A stretch of DNA of 64,000 nt from an uncultured Flavobacteriales bacterium (GTDB taxonomy: Bacteria > Bacteroidota > Bacteroidia > Flavobacteriales > Schleiferiaceae), in the NCBI GenBank assembly GCA_913055685.1, contig CAJXKC010000001.1, positions 1,395,734-1,459,733 on the forward strand. The letters are read 5' to 3'. Shown piece by piece: positions 23,673 through 33,095 of this stretch. The notes beneath the pieces are model-generated. The model saw only the letters and a program-made list of their open reading frames with translations. It was not told the origin of the DNA and ran no database searches. Each line of letters starts with the position of its first letter. Position 1 is the stretch's first letter. A program made the translations under genes and the position numbers.

Positions 23673-24764
23673 ATGACCTTAAGCGAAATCACGGGAGCAC
23701 TGGAACTATGGGCTCCAAGAGAATATCAAGAATCCTACGATAATAGCCGACTACTTTTTGGAGACCCGCAGTCGGAAATAAAGTCAGCCCTAATTTGTTT
23801 AGATATTACTGAAAAACAAATTGATGAAGCTTTAGCTAATGGATGTGATTTAATAATTGCGCACCATCCTTTAATTTTTAAAGGAATAAAAAGCTTAAGT
23901 CCACGTACCGATGCCGAGCGAGCCCTAATTAAGGCAATTCAAAATAATATTGCACTCTACGCCCTTCATACTAATCTCGACAATGTAGCCAGCGGAGTAA
24001 ATGCTGAAATAGGTCGACGTTTGGGTTTTTCGGATATGAAAATATTGGCTCCCAAACGAGGACTTCTGCATAAGCTTGTGGTCTATGTTCCGGAGAATAG
24101 CTGGCAAACACTTGCTGAAGCTTTATGGGAAGCAGGGGCAGGAAGTATTGGTAACTATGATGAGTGTAGTTTCCGCGCCGCTGGTAAAGGAACATTCCGA
24201 CCATCATCTAATGCTAATCCTAGTATTGGCGAAATTGGACAGCGGCATGAGGAGGGGGAGTTTCGACTAGAATGTATAATTGAGTCCGATAAAGTCGCAA
24301 AGGTTTTGAAGGCCATGCAAGCAAATCACCCCTATGAAGAGGTAGCTTACGACTTGTTTAGCCTTGAAAATGAACATGCTGAAATAGGCTCAGGAATGAT
24401 TGCGGACCTCAAATCGCCAGTAGCTGTAATGGACTTCCTGAAATTGATAAAAGAAACATTTGGCGGTATAGTGCGCTTTACCAAGCCTCCTAAAAGTAGC
24501 GTGCAGCGCGTCGCCTGGTGCGGTGGTAGCGGCAGCTTCCTCTTAGGAGCGGCTAAAGCACAAAAGGCCGACCTATTCCTGAGTTCCGATTTTAAATACC
24601 ATCAGTTTTTTGAAGCTGAAAATGAAATACTTATCGCAGATATTGGTCATTATGAGAATGAACAATTCACTATTGACCTGATTGCCGAGTATTTGCGGAA
24701 AAAATTCCCTACTTTTGCCGTTCTTTTAACGGAAAACAGTACAAACCCGATCAATTATTTATAG
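23673..24764 (+). CDS. Nif3-like dinuclear metal-centre hexameric protein (YqfO type, with PII-like insert)
   Basis: ESYDNSRL, IIAHHPLIF, ALHTNLD, HPYEEVAYD, DIGHYENE. Confidence 0.95.
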   Translation: MTLSEITGALELWAPREYQESYDNSRLLFGDPQSEIKSALICLDITEKQIDEALANGCDLIIAHHPLIFKGIKSLSPRTDAERALIKAIQNNIALYALHTNLDNVASGVNAEIGRRLGFSDMKILAPKRGLLHKLVVYVPENSWQTLAEALWEAGAGSIGNYDECSFRAAGKGTFRPSSNANPSIGEIGQRHEEGEFRLECIIESDKVAKVLKAMQANHPYEEVAYDLFSLENEHAEIGSGMIADLKSPVAVMDFLKLIKETFGGIVRFTKPPKSSVQRVAWCGGSGSFLLGAAKAQKADLFLSSDFKYHQFFEAENEILIADIGHYENEQFTIDLIAEYLRKKFPTFAVLLTENSTNPINYL

Positions 24765-24768
24765 CTCT

Positions 24769-25545
24769 ATGGCTAAAGAAGTTACTGTTGAAGAAAAGCT
24801 ACGTGCCCTTTACGATCTTCAGCTTATTGACTCCCGCATCGACCGCATTCGTAACATCCGTGGCGAACTTCCTTTGGAGGTTGAAGACCTGGAAGATGAA
24901 ATCGGTGGATTAGAAACTCGCATCGAGAAGTTAAATACAGATATCTCTGAATTGGATCAGGAGGTGAAAACCAAAAAGAACCTGATCAAAGACTCTGAGG
25001 AGAAGATTAAAAAGTACGAGACACAGCAGAAAAACGTACGTAACAATCGTGAATTTGACGCTCTCTCGAAGGAAATCGAGTTCCAAGAGTTGGAAATTCA
25101 ATTAGCTGAGAAGCGTATCAAAGAATTCAAAGCTAAGATTGACAATAAGAAGGAAGCAATTGCTGCCTCTGAAGAGAAGCTTACCGAGCGTAAGTCTCAT
25201 TTAGATTTTAAGAAAGGCGAGCTGGATAATATCTTGAAGGAAACTCAGGATGAAGAAGAGGTTCTTCTTAAGGAATCAGCTAAACAACAGAAGGTAATTG
25301 AAGAGCGTCTATTAAAAGCCTACACGCGTTTGCGCGACAGTGCTCGCAATGGCTTAGCTGTTGTTCCAGTGGAACGCGGTGCATCAGGTGGCTCATTCTT
25401 TACCATTCCACCACAGCGTCAATTAGAAATTGCCGCGAGAAAGAAAATCATTACCGACGAGCATTCGGGTCGTATTTTAGTAGATCCAGAATTGGCACGC
25501 GAAGAGGAAGAGAAAATGGAGAAACTTTTCACTTCCAAGAAATAA
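24769..25545 (+). CDS. Coiled-coil protein with C-terminal zinc-ribbon-like domain (DUF164/CT398-type), Cys ligands replaced
   Basis: LYDLQLIDSRI, NNREFDALSKEI, long coiled coil, GLAVVPVERGASGGSF...DEHSGRIL; follows Nif3. Confidence 0.88.
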   Translation: MAKEVTVEEKLRALYDLQLIDSRIDRIRNIRGELPLEVEDLEDEIGGLETRIEKLNTDISELDQEVKTKKNLIKDSEEKIKKYETQQKNVRNNREFDALSKEIEFQELEIQLAEKRIKEFKAKIDNKKEAIAASEEKLTERKSHLDFKKGELDNILKETQDEEEVLLKESAKQQKVIEERLLKAYTRLRDSARNGLAVVPVERGASGGSFFTIPPQRQLEIAARKKIITDEHSGRILVDPELAREEEEKMEKLFTSKK

Positions 25546-25563
25546 AAAATTATAGCAATTTTG

Positions 25564-25588
25564 GAGGGACCTTGAGGTCCCTTTTTTT
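25564..25588 (+). terminator. Intrinsic terminator
   Basis: AGGGACC-TTGA-GGTCCCT then T-run. Confidence 0.85.
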
Positions 25589-27052
25589 ATGCGAAAACTT
25601 TTCCTACTTAATTTATTCCTCTCCAGCAGTATAATAACTGCTCAAAAAGTGGAGTTCACCAATAACATGGTTGAGGCCCAGAAAGCCACCATGGAACTTC
25701 GCTACCAAGATCTTGATCAAAGGCTGAAAGCGGAACGTATTCAGAACCCCGAGAACCGACTAGCAGACTATACCGAAGGAGCCGCGCTTTGCATTCGCAT
25801 GTTCTTAGTGGAGGATGAAGAATTCTTTGAGCAAAATCGAGATCATCTTGATCAGTTGATTTCCGGCTTAGAAGACTTGTCGGATGAAGACCCCAATAAG
25901 CGGGTCTTGTTGGCCGAACTATTACTTGTTCGTTCCGGTGTATATGCGAAATACAAGCATAACCTTAAGGCCGCATGGGGCTTTTATCGAGCCTATAATT
26001 TATTACAAGAAAACTTAGAAAAGTTCCCTAACCACATCCCCACTTTAGTGCCTTATGGTGTTTTACAAGCGGCGGTGGGCAGTTTGCCAAGCGATTATCG
26101 GTCATTGGCGGCTGTCTTCGGTTTTAAAGGAGATATAGAGCGTGGTTTGAAGATGATTCGTAAGGCTTACTATTATAGCCTGGCAAATCCGGAATATCGA
26201 TTTTACCGGGATTATTTTGGCTATATCTATGCCTTTATCAATTTCGAATTGGAAACTAAGGAACAGGTTTCGCTCTTTACTTTAGGTATCGAGGTTGAGC
26301 GCTCTGCCTATTTCATTTATCTGGAAGCACAACAGGAGTTAAAGCAAGGCCGGGCCGCGGAAGCCCTTCGATTGCTGCAAGCCATACCAAACTCTCCGGC
26401 TCATTTGAAAGTTCCGTATTTCACCTATTACCAAGGAAAGGTGGCTTTAATGGTTAAGCCTAGTTTGGCCAAAGCATATTTGGACACTTTTTTAAAGGAA
26501 ACTAAGGATCAAGAACATCGCAAATCGACCTACCGATATTTGGCTTGGTATAATTTATTGGAAGGAAACCAGGATCAGGCGAAGGCATACCGGCAAATGA
26601 TATTAAGCGATGAGTCTGCACCAAGTGGAGCAGATAAACAGGCCGTGGCCGAGGCAAAGAGAGGATTTAATAAGGGATTAATTCAGGCTCGCCTTGATTT
26701 TGATGCTGGTCGATATGCAGAAATAGTTAAAAGACTTAGCCCCTGGATGTTAAGTGAGCAATGTCGCGAAGATTGGGAGAAGCAGGAGTTTCATTATCGC
26801 AGGGGGCGGGCTTTACAGGAGCTTAAATTTTATAAAAAGGCAGAGGTCGAATTCCTAAAAGTAATTTCCTTTCAAGATAATGTTACCTATGCCCTTGGGA
26901 ATAGTTACTTACAACTAGGCTATATCTATGAGCAGGCCGGGGCTTATGGCAGTTCCCGTAAATACCTTAAGAAGGCGGAGTCACTTTCCGGCTATGCTTT
27001 TCATGAGGGAGTTCAACAAAAGGCAAAAGCGGTTTTGGCCCGTTTGCCTTAG
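25589..27052 (+). CDS. Exported TPR-repeat protein (possibly DUF3808/TTC39-like)
   Basis: Signal peptide; helical repeats (YYQGKVAL, YRYLAWY, HYRRGRAL, YLQLGYIY); SLPSDY...FGFKGDIERGL segment. Confidence 0.7.
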   Translation: MRKLFLLNLFLSSSIITAQKVEFTNNMVEAQKATMELRYQDLDQRLKAERIQNPENRLADYTEGAALCIRMFLVEDEEFFEQNRDHLDQLISGLEDLSDEDPNKRVLLAELLLVRSGVYAKYKHNLKAAWGFYRAYNLLQENLEKFPNHIPTLVPYGVLQAAVGSLPSDYRSLAAVFGFKGDIERGLKMIRKAYYYSLANPEYRFYRDYFGYIYAFINFELETKEQVSLFTLGIEVERSAYFIYLEAQQELKQGRAAEALRLLQAIPNSPAHLKVPYFTYYQGKVALMVKPSLAKAYLDTFLKETKDQEHRKSTYRYLAWYNLLEGNQDQAKAYRQMILSDESAPSGADKQAVAEAKRGFNKGLIQARLDFDAGRYAEIVKRLSPWMLSEQCREDWEKQEFHYRRGRALQELKFYKKAEVEFLKVISFQDNVTYALGNSYLQLGYIYEQAGAYGSSRKYLKKAESLSGYAFHEGVQQKAKAVLARLP

Positions 27053-27087
27053 CCTTAATTTCTTAATTTCACCGGCAAATCTGAATT

Positions 27088-28161
27088 ATGAGTTCTATCT
27101 TAAGTATAACCTGGGACCTTGGTAGAGGTATCGACTTAGGCTTTTTTACCTTACGCTACTACAGCTTACTCTTTGCCTTAGGTTTTGTCTTAGGATATTT
27201 AATCATGAAGCGCATCTTTAAGAAAGAAGGATACGCCATTGAAAAGCTCGACACTTTATTAACCTATGTAGTTATTGCCACCATTGTAGGTGCTCGCTTA
27301 GGGCACGTATTTTTCTATCAATGGGATTATTACTCGCAGCATCCAGGGGAAATCTTAAAAGTTTGGGAAGGTGGTCTGGCTAGCCATGGTGCGGCCATTG
27401 CTATAGTTATAGCCATGATCATTTACAGTAAAAGGGTAATCGATAAATCTGCCCTTTGGATTTTGGATCGGGTGGTAATTACGGTGGCTCTAGCGGGATG
27501 CTTTATTCGTTTAGGGAACTTTGCCAACAGTGAAATTTACGGGGATATCTCTAATTCTTCTTGGGAAATGGTTTTCACCAACCCGGTACGGGAGCGTATC
27601 CTAATCAATTACGGTGACTATATCAATTCGGTTGACTTCATTGAAAAGGAAGAGTATGAGATTAGTAATTCTTTAAGCTACCCTTTATATGACCTTCAAT
27701 TAAACTTTGGTCCTAAGATTACCGATCAGGATTTAGCTGAGAAGCTTGTTTTAAGTCGAATTAAGCCTCTTTTGGCCGCTTCTAGTAAAGAGGATTTAAA
27801 TTTAAGTATTACAGGCTCTAAACTGCGCTGGGATGATACTATCGAAGGTCAGGCTTACATTGAGGCCCGCGGTTACCCTCGTAGTCCCACCCAAATTTAT
27901 GAGGCTATAGGGTACCTGCTTATCTTCTTCATCTTGGCTCGTCTTTATCTAGTTGCTGATGTGCGGCAGCGTCAAGGTATGCTATTCGGGCTTTTCCTTA
28001 TTCTAATTTTCGGCTTCCGCTTTGCGATTGAATTCATGAAAGAAAACCAAGTGGTGGCAGAGCAGGGGCGCAGTATAAATATCGGCCAGAGTTTGAGTTT
28101 TCCAGCTGTTTTAATTGGCCTTTATTTCACAATCTTCGCTAAGAAAACTGATCATGAATAG
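27088..28161 (+). CDS. lgt: Prolipoprotein diacylglyceryl transferase with large loop insertion
   Basis: LRYYSL, GARLGHVFFY, GLASHG, signature IRLGNFANSEIYG, PTQIYE, RFAIEFMKE. Confidence 0.95.
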   Translation: MSSILSITWDLGRGIDLGFFTLRYYSLLFALGFVLGYLIMKRIFKKEGYAIEKLDTLLTYVVIATIVGARLGHVFFYQWDYYSQHPGEILKVWEGGLASHGAAIAIVIAMIIYSKRVIDKSALWILDRVVITVALAGCFIRLGNFANSEIYGDISNSSWEMVFTNPVRERILINYGDYINSVDFIEKEEYEISNSLSYPLYDLQLNFGPKITDQDLAEKLVLSRIKPLLAASSKEDLNLSITGSKLRWDDTIEGQAYIEARGYPRSPTQIYEAIGYLLIFFILARLYLVADVRQRQGMLFGLFLILIFGFRFAIEFMKENQVVAEQGRSINIGQSLSFPAVLIGLYFTIFAKKTDHE

Positions 28162-28684
28162 AAATCGTCAACGCATTATTGCGATAGGTCTATTAATAGC
28201 CTTTGGCCTATGGATTTTGTTTACCGTTCTTCCTATGGGTTCCGGTAAGGGAAATAAGGGTAAAAATAAGAAGTTACCGACCATTGTAGAGCCTCAATTT
28301 ACCAAGGAGGCCAGTCTAGCAATTCTTGATAGCAATGCAGTCGACACTTTAAAGCTTTTAGATATTGAGTTGGCAGAAAGCATCGCGGAAATCCAGTATG
28401 GTATGATGTATCGCCGTTCTATGGCGGAAAACATGGGCATGCTTTTTCTGATGGGGGAAGAGCGCAGACAATCTTTTTACATGAAGAATACATATGTCTC
28501 CTTAGACATTATCTACATCAATGACCAAATGGAGATTGTGAGTATTCAAAAAAATGCAGTCCCCTTGGATGAAACAAGTTTACCTTCGGAAGGACCAGCC
28601 TCTATGGTTTTAGAAATAAAAGGTGGACTTAGCGATGAATGGGGCTTGCAGAAAGGTCAAAAGATCCGCTGGGAACGATTGTAA
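28154..28684 (+). CDS. DUF192 family protein
   Basis: Start moved to ATG 28154; N-terminal TM; YGMMYRRSM, GMLF, FYMKNTYVSLDIIYI, MVLEIKGG. Confidence 0.9.
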   Translation: MNRNRQRIIAIGLLIAFGLWILFTVLPMGSGKGNKGKNKKLPTIVEPQFTKEASLAILDSNAVDTLKLLDIELAESIAEIQYGMMYRRSMAENMGMLFLMGEERRQSFYMKNTYVSLDIIYINDQMEIVSIQKNAVPLDETSLPSEGPASMVLEIKGGLSDEWGLQKGQKIRWERL

Positions 28685-28690
28685 TAGCTT

Positions 28691-29113
28691 ATGAAAGGTT
28701 TTGCTCTATTTCTTTTAATCATCACTCTGTCCTTTAGTGCATCGGCACAGGTACAGACCGACGAAAATGGCTTTCAGACCTTTGAAATGAAAGATGGGGA
28801 TACGACCTATCTAATGAAGCAGTATTTCTTGATTTTGTTAAAAAGTGGTCCCGAAAGGAGTCAGTCTCAAGAAGAGGCTATGGCTATCCAAAAAGGGCAT
28901 TTAGCCAATATTGATTCGTTGGCCGCGCTCGGGAAATTAGATATCGCCGGTCCGATGGGGGATAATACCGAATTAAGAGGTATCCTAGTTTTGAGAGTTC
29001 CTAACCTCGAGGAAGCGAAGGCTTGTATTGAGGCTGATCCTGCGGTTAAAGCAAAAAGACTGACTTACGAAATCCATCCATGGTGGGCAGCTAGGGGAAG
29101 TCGTTTGCGTTAA
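28691..29113 (+). CDS. YciI family protein with signal peptide
   Basis: GHLANIDSLAALGKLDIAGP, EEAKACIEADPAVKA. Confidence 0.85.
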   Translation: MKGFALFLLIITLSFSASAQVQTDENGFQTFEMKDGDTTYLMKQYFLILLKSGPERSQSQEEAMAIQKGHLANIDSLAALGKLDIAGPMGDNTELRGILVLRVPNLEEAKACIEADPAVKAKRLTYEIHPWWAARGSRLR

Positions 29114-29670
29114 TTCTTATAACGCCCTCCTCTAAAAAAGCGCTTCTGCCAATAGCTATTGCTTAAAGCACTTACCATTACCCCGCGACTGGAACTGGTA
29201 TGCACAAATTTTAGGTCTCCCAAATAGATTCCTACGTGATCGATGCGACGCCCTTTAACTTTAAAGAACACTAAGTCGCCATACTTTAATTCACTCAATT
29301 CAATGGCTTCCATCTCCGCAAAAAGGTCCTCTGCCCGTCGGCCCTCGAATTCCCTTTCAAAAATTTCTCGGTAAGCAATAATTACAAAGCCGCTGCAATC
29401 GACTCCTTTTTTGCTCATCCCGCCCATTTTATGGGGCGTTCCGTACCAATCGTCTATAAAGTCATCTAGTGACTTAAGGGAAACTGTACTGCTTTCTTCC
29501 TTATCGACACTCGGCTTTTCGACCAAGCCTTCTTCCATTTCATTATTGAGTACTTCATGTTCATATCTAGGTTTGGGTTTAACCTTGCTATTGCTTTGTC
29601 TCGGAGGCTTTAAACTACCACAGGAACTCAGAAGCAAAACAGCTAAACCTAAAATGAAGCCCTTTTTCAT
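29110..29670 (-). CDS. NlpC/P60 (C40) peptidase lipoprotein
   Basis: Start moved to ATG 29670; lipobox LLSSC; WYGTPHKMGG, GVDCSG, HVGIYLG, FVHTSSSRG. Confidence 0.93.
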   Translation of the reverse strand: MKKGFILGLAVLLLSSCGSLKPPRQSNSKVKPKPRYEHEVLNNEMEEGLVEKPSVDKEESSTVSLKSLDDFIDDWYGTPHKMGGMSKKGVDCSGFVIIAYREIFEREFEGRRAEDLFAEMEAIELSELKYGDLVFFKVKGRRIDHVGIYLGDLKFVHTSSSRGVMVSALSNSYWQKRFFRGGRYKN

Positions 29671-29695
29671 AGCACAAAGATGATGGATTTCCCCC

Positions 29696-29728
29696 AAAAA
29701 AATAAAGGCCGCAAAAAGCGACCTTTAT
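29696..29728 (-). terminator. Intrinsic terminator after the M1 peptidase gene
   Basis: Minus strand ATAAAGGTCGC-TTTTT-GCGGCCTTTAT then T-run. Confidence 0.8.
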
Positions 29729-29813
29729 AAGGGGAAGGAATTATATCATTAAACTATGCTAATGATGACCGAATGTCTTACTTGTCCGATTAGATTACAA
29801 TAGGGCAAATGAC

Positions 29814-32108
29814 CTATTTTGCCGCTCTTTGCATAGGGTTTTCACGCCTGTAATTGCGTGACTTGTACAATTCAAATCGGCTGGGCTTTAATTCTTTTGG
29901 CCACTGATTATTATTAAGATCCGTATCTGCTGTTTCTAAGAAGGGATCTAGTTCAATTCTTTCTACTTTTTTCTCGAAGGCGAAGATTTTGCTGAAGGAC
30001 TCTTCATGTTTCAACCAAATTTCGGCAGGATGGCGGCTAACCTCTTGACTTCCATCTTCAAAAGTGAAGCGCAGAATTACGGGCATTACCAGTCCACCTT
30101 TATTCTCAAAGTTTAACTCATAGAAGTTATAACCGCTATCGAGAATTTCCTTTTCCTCTTCACTTAGGGATTTCCGGTATTTTTCATATTCCTTACGATC
30201 GATTGGGAATACGGTCCAGTCGTCATTCTTATTATAAAAATCCGCCATTTCGGGATGGGCATCGCTGTAATGCTTTCCTTTTAACTCTTCAGCATTGCGG
30301 CGATCTCCGATAAACTCATTCTCTGCTTCTTTACGTTTTTTCGGATTCTCAACATCGGGGTTTTTAGTATCTAGACGATACCATTTTACATCCTTTAAAG
30401 CGATATCTACGTGGTCGGTCGTGTAAAACCAACCTCTGAAAAACCAATCTAGATCCACTGCTGAAGCATCTTCCATGGTGCGGAAAAAATCGGCTGGTGT
30501 GGGATGTTTAAACATCCAGCGCTGACAATACATTTTAAAGGCGTAATCAAAGAGCTCTCGACCCATCACTGTTTCTCGCAGGATATTTAATGCGGTGGCT
30601 GGTTTGCCGTAAGCATTATTTCCAAATTGTAAGATGCTTTCCGAATTGGTCATAATTGGCACCATGTCCTTCTTCTCGGAACGCATATATGGCGCAATTT
30701 TGTAGGCTGGACCTCTTCTGCTGGGATAGTTTTCCTCCCACTCTTGCTCAGTGAGGTATTGAACAAAAGTATTTAAGCCTTCGTCCATCCAAGTCCACTG
30801 ACGCTCATCCGAATTTACAATCATCGGGAAGAAGTTGTGACCAACTTCATGAATGATTACGCCGATCATACCATATTTGGTTCGCTTGCTGTAAGTACCG
30901 TCTGCCTCTGGTCTACCGCCGTTAAAGCAAATCATTGGGTATTCCATACCGATGCGATCAGTATGTACCGATATTGCTACAGGGTAGGGATAATCAAAAG
31001 TGAATTTTGAATAGGTTTTAATGGTATGTGCTACTACTCGCGTTGAGTAGCGCTCCCAAAGGGGATTACCTTCTTTGGGATAATAACTCATCGCCAACAC
31101 GGTGCGATCGCCAAATTTTACCGCCATGGCATCCCAAATGAATTTGCGACTTGAGCAAAAAGCAAAGTCTCTCACATTCTTGGCTTTAAAATGCCAAGTT
31201 TTCTCTTCCTTACTGCGTTTGCCTTCGGCTCGCTTAGCTTCCCTTTCAGTAACAATAAATACTGGATCTTCGGTATTATTCATGGCCTCTGCCAATCGTT
31301 CTCTTTGCTCTTCGCTGAGGACTTCTTCTGGGTTCTGTAACTCCCCAGTTGCTCCAATAATGTGATCGGCAGGAGCAGTAATCTTAACATCATAATCGCC
31401 AAAAGGAAGGGCAAATTCTCCCCGACCTAAAAATTGCTTGTTCTGCCAGCCTTCTACATCATTGTAAACGGCCATGCGAGGAAAGAATTGAGCAATGGTA
31501 TATAGGTAATTATCCTCCTCTTCAAAATATTCTAAACCACTACGTCCACCTAATTTCGCTCGATCATTAATATTAAACCACCATTTCACGCCAAAACTGA
31601 TTGAATCACCATGCTTAAGCGGTTCATCTAAATTGATGCGCATCATGGTGTAATTAATCTTATGCGATTGATAATGGCCTTCTTCATTACTGACGTGGTC
31701 TATTTTAAAGCCACCATCAAAGTCATAGAAAAGCCCTTTAATTGATCGTGCACTCATGCTGCGACCCACTTCACCGGTTTTTATGGCTTGGGTTAAGCTA
31801 TTTTGAGCGCGCATATTTTGGTCTAATTGAACCCACAAATACTCTAAGGCTTCAGGAGCATTGTTTATGTAGGTAACCGTTTCCTCTCCGTAAATTCTCT
31901 GATTTTCATCATCGAGGCGAATATCCATTTTGTAATTCGCCTGTTGTTGATAGTAAAAAGCACCAGGTGCGCCACCTCCAGTCCTATACATATTAGGAGT
32001 GGGTAGCTGATCATACAATTGACGGAAGCGACTTTGGTTGATGTTTTCAGTTTGCGCCAAGGCACTAAAACCTAGTCCTGATAAGAGAAAAAGGAGTTTT
32101 AACTTCAT
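29814..32108 (-). CDS. M1 family zinc aminopeptidase (secreted)
   Basis: Signal peptide; GMEYP; HEVGH...WMDEG zincin motif; YGKPA. Confidence 0.93.
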   Translation of the reverse strand: MKLKLLFLLSGLGFSALAQTENINQSRFRQLYDQLPTPNMYRTGGGAPGAFYYQQQANYKMDIRLDDENQRIYGEETVTYINNAPEALEYLWVQLDQNMRAQNSLTQAIKTGEVGRSMSARSIKGLFYDFDGGFKIDHVSNEEGHYQSHKINYTMMRINLDEPLKHGDSISFGVKWWFNINDRAKLGGRSGLEYFEEEDNYLYTIAQFFPRMAVYNDVEGWQNKQFLGRGEFALPFGDYDVKITAPADHIIGATGELQNPEEVLSEEQRERLAEAMNNTEDPVFIVTEREAKRAEGKRSKEEKTWHFKAKNVRDFAFCSSRKFIWDAMAVKFGDRTVLAMSYYPKEGNPLWERYSTRVVAHTIKTYSKFTFDYPYPVAISVHTDRIGMEYPMICFNGGRPEADGTYSKRTKYGMIGVIIHEVGHNFFPMIVNSDERQWTWMDEGLNTFVQYLTEQEWEENYPSRRGPAYKIAPYMRSEKKDMVPIMTNSESILQFGNNAYGKPATALNILRETVMGRELFDYAFKMYCQRWMFKHPTPADFFRTMEDASAVDLDWFFRGWFYTTDHVDIALKDVKWYRLDTKNPDVENPKKRKEAENEFIGDRRNAEELKGKHYSDAHPEMADFYNKNDDWTVFPIDRKEYEKYRKSLSEEEKEILDSGYNFYELNFENKGGLVMPVILRFTFEDGSQEVSRHPAEIWLKHEESFSKIFAFEKKVERIELDPFLETADTDLNNNQWPKELKPSRFELYKSRNYRRENPMQRAAK

Positions 32109-32131
32109 GAATGTGTTTTTTTGAAAGCGCT

Positions 32132-32139
32132 CAAAAATA
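32132..32139 (-). promoter_or_regulatory. -7 promoter element for the M1 peptidase gene
   Basis: Minus strand TATTTTTG, 23 nt upstream of the ATG. Confidence 0.55.
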
Positions 32140-32144
32140 AAAAT

Positions 32145-33050
32145 CTAATTGGGATAGAGAGCGGCTAGAGCGTCCTCTAATCGATTATATTGATATTTAA
32201 AGCCATAAGATTGAATCCGTGCACTGCTTACTTTGTTACTAGCAAGTGCGGTAGCTGCCATTTCGCCGAGGATTAGTTTGAGAACAAAAGCCGGCACTTT
32301 GGGAAGAAACAGGGGCCGATGTAATTGTTTGGCTAAAGCTTTAGTGAGCTCTTCATTACGAACCGAATAAGGCCCTACGGCATTGTAAACCCCGGTTGGG
32401 ATTTCGCTATGCTCTAAAGCATAAATAAATAGAGAAGCAAGGTCGTCCTTATGAATCCAAGGCATCCACTGTTTTCCGCTGCCAAGCGGTGAGCCTAAAC
32501 CAAATTTAATAGGCAGAGCCATCTTCGCTAAAGCACCTTCCTCATTGTCAAGTACTATCCCTATTCTCATCCTAAGCAATCGCATGGATAGATTCTCAAT
32601 AGCGCTTGCTTCTTGTTCCCATTTTTGGCAAACGATACTTAGGAAATCACTCCCTGGTGGATCCGCTTCGGTAAATTCTTGTTCGAAACTATTGGGATAG
32701 TAGCCCACGGCGGAGGCATTAATAAAAGTGTGTACCTGATTTTCTTGGCGGCTTAGCGCTTCGACCAAGGTCCGTGTAGAATCAATTCTACTGCTCAATA
32801 TTAACTCCTTATTATGCGGAGTCCATGGCTGTGCAATAGTAGAGCCCGCTAAGTTTATAATGGCCTCTACGCCTTCAAGTGCTGCCTCATCTAGGTGTGA
32901 TTTGGCAGGATCCCAAACAAATGCTTTTATTCCCTGCTTTGGAGATTTTGAGGAACGGCTTAATACCGCTACCTCGTGCCCCTCGGATAGGAGTTTTTCA
33001 CTAATCGCTGACCCAATAAGACCAGAGCCTCCGCTAATAAGTACCTTCAT
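32145..33050 (-). CDS. TIGR01777 family NAD(P)-binding oxidoreductase/epimerase
   Basis: VLISGGSGLIG, INASAVGYY, LRMRIGIVL, GSGKQWMPWIH. Confidence 0.92.
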   Translation of the reverse strand: MKVLISGGSGLIGSAISEKLLSEGHEVAVLSRSSKSPKQGIKAFVWDPAKSHLDEAALEGVEAIINLAGSTIAQPWTPHNKELILSSRIDSTRTLVEALSRQENQVHTFINASAVGYYPNSFEQEFTEADPPGSDFLSIVCQKWEQEASAIENLSMRLLRMRIGIVLDNEEGALAKMALPIKFGLGSPLGSGKQWMPWIHKDDLASLFIYALEHSEIPTGVYNAVGPYSVRNEELTKALAKQLHRPLFLPKVPAFVLKLILGEMAATALASNKVSSARIQSYGFKYQYNRLEDALAALYPN

Positions 33051-33095
33051 AGTTTTATATCCAAGAAGAGAACTATTGGCATCAGAAAAGGTTCA

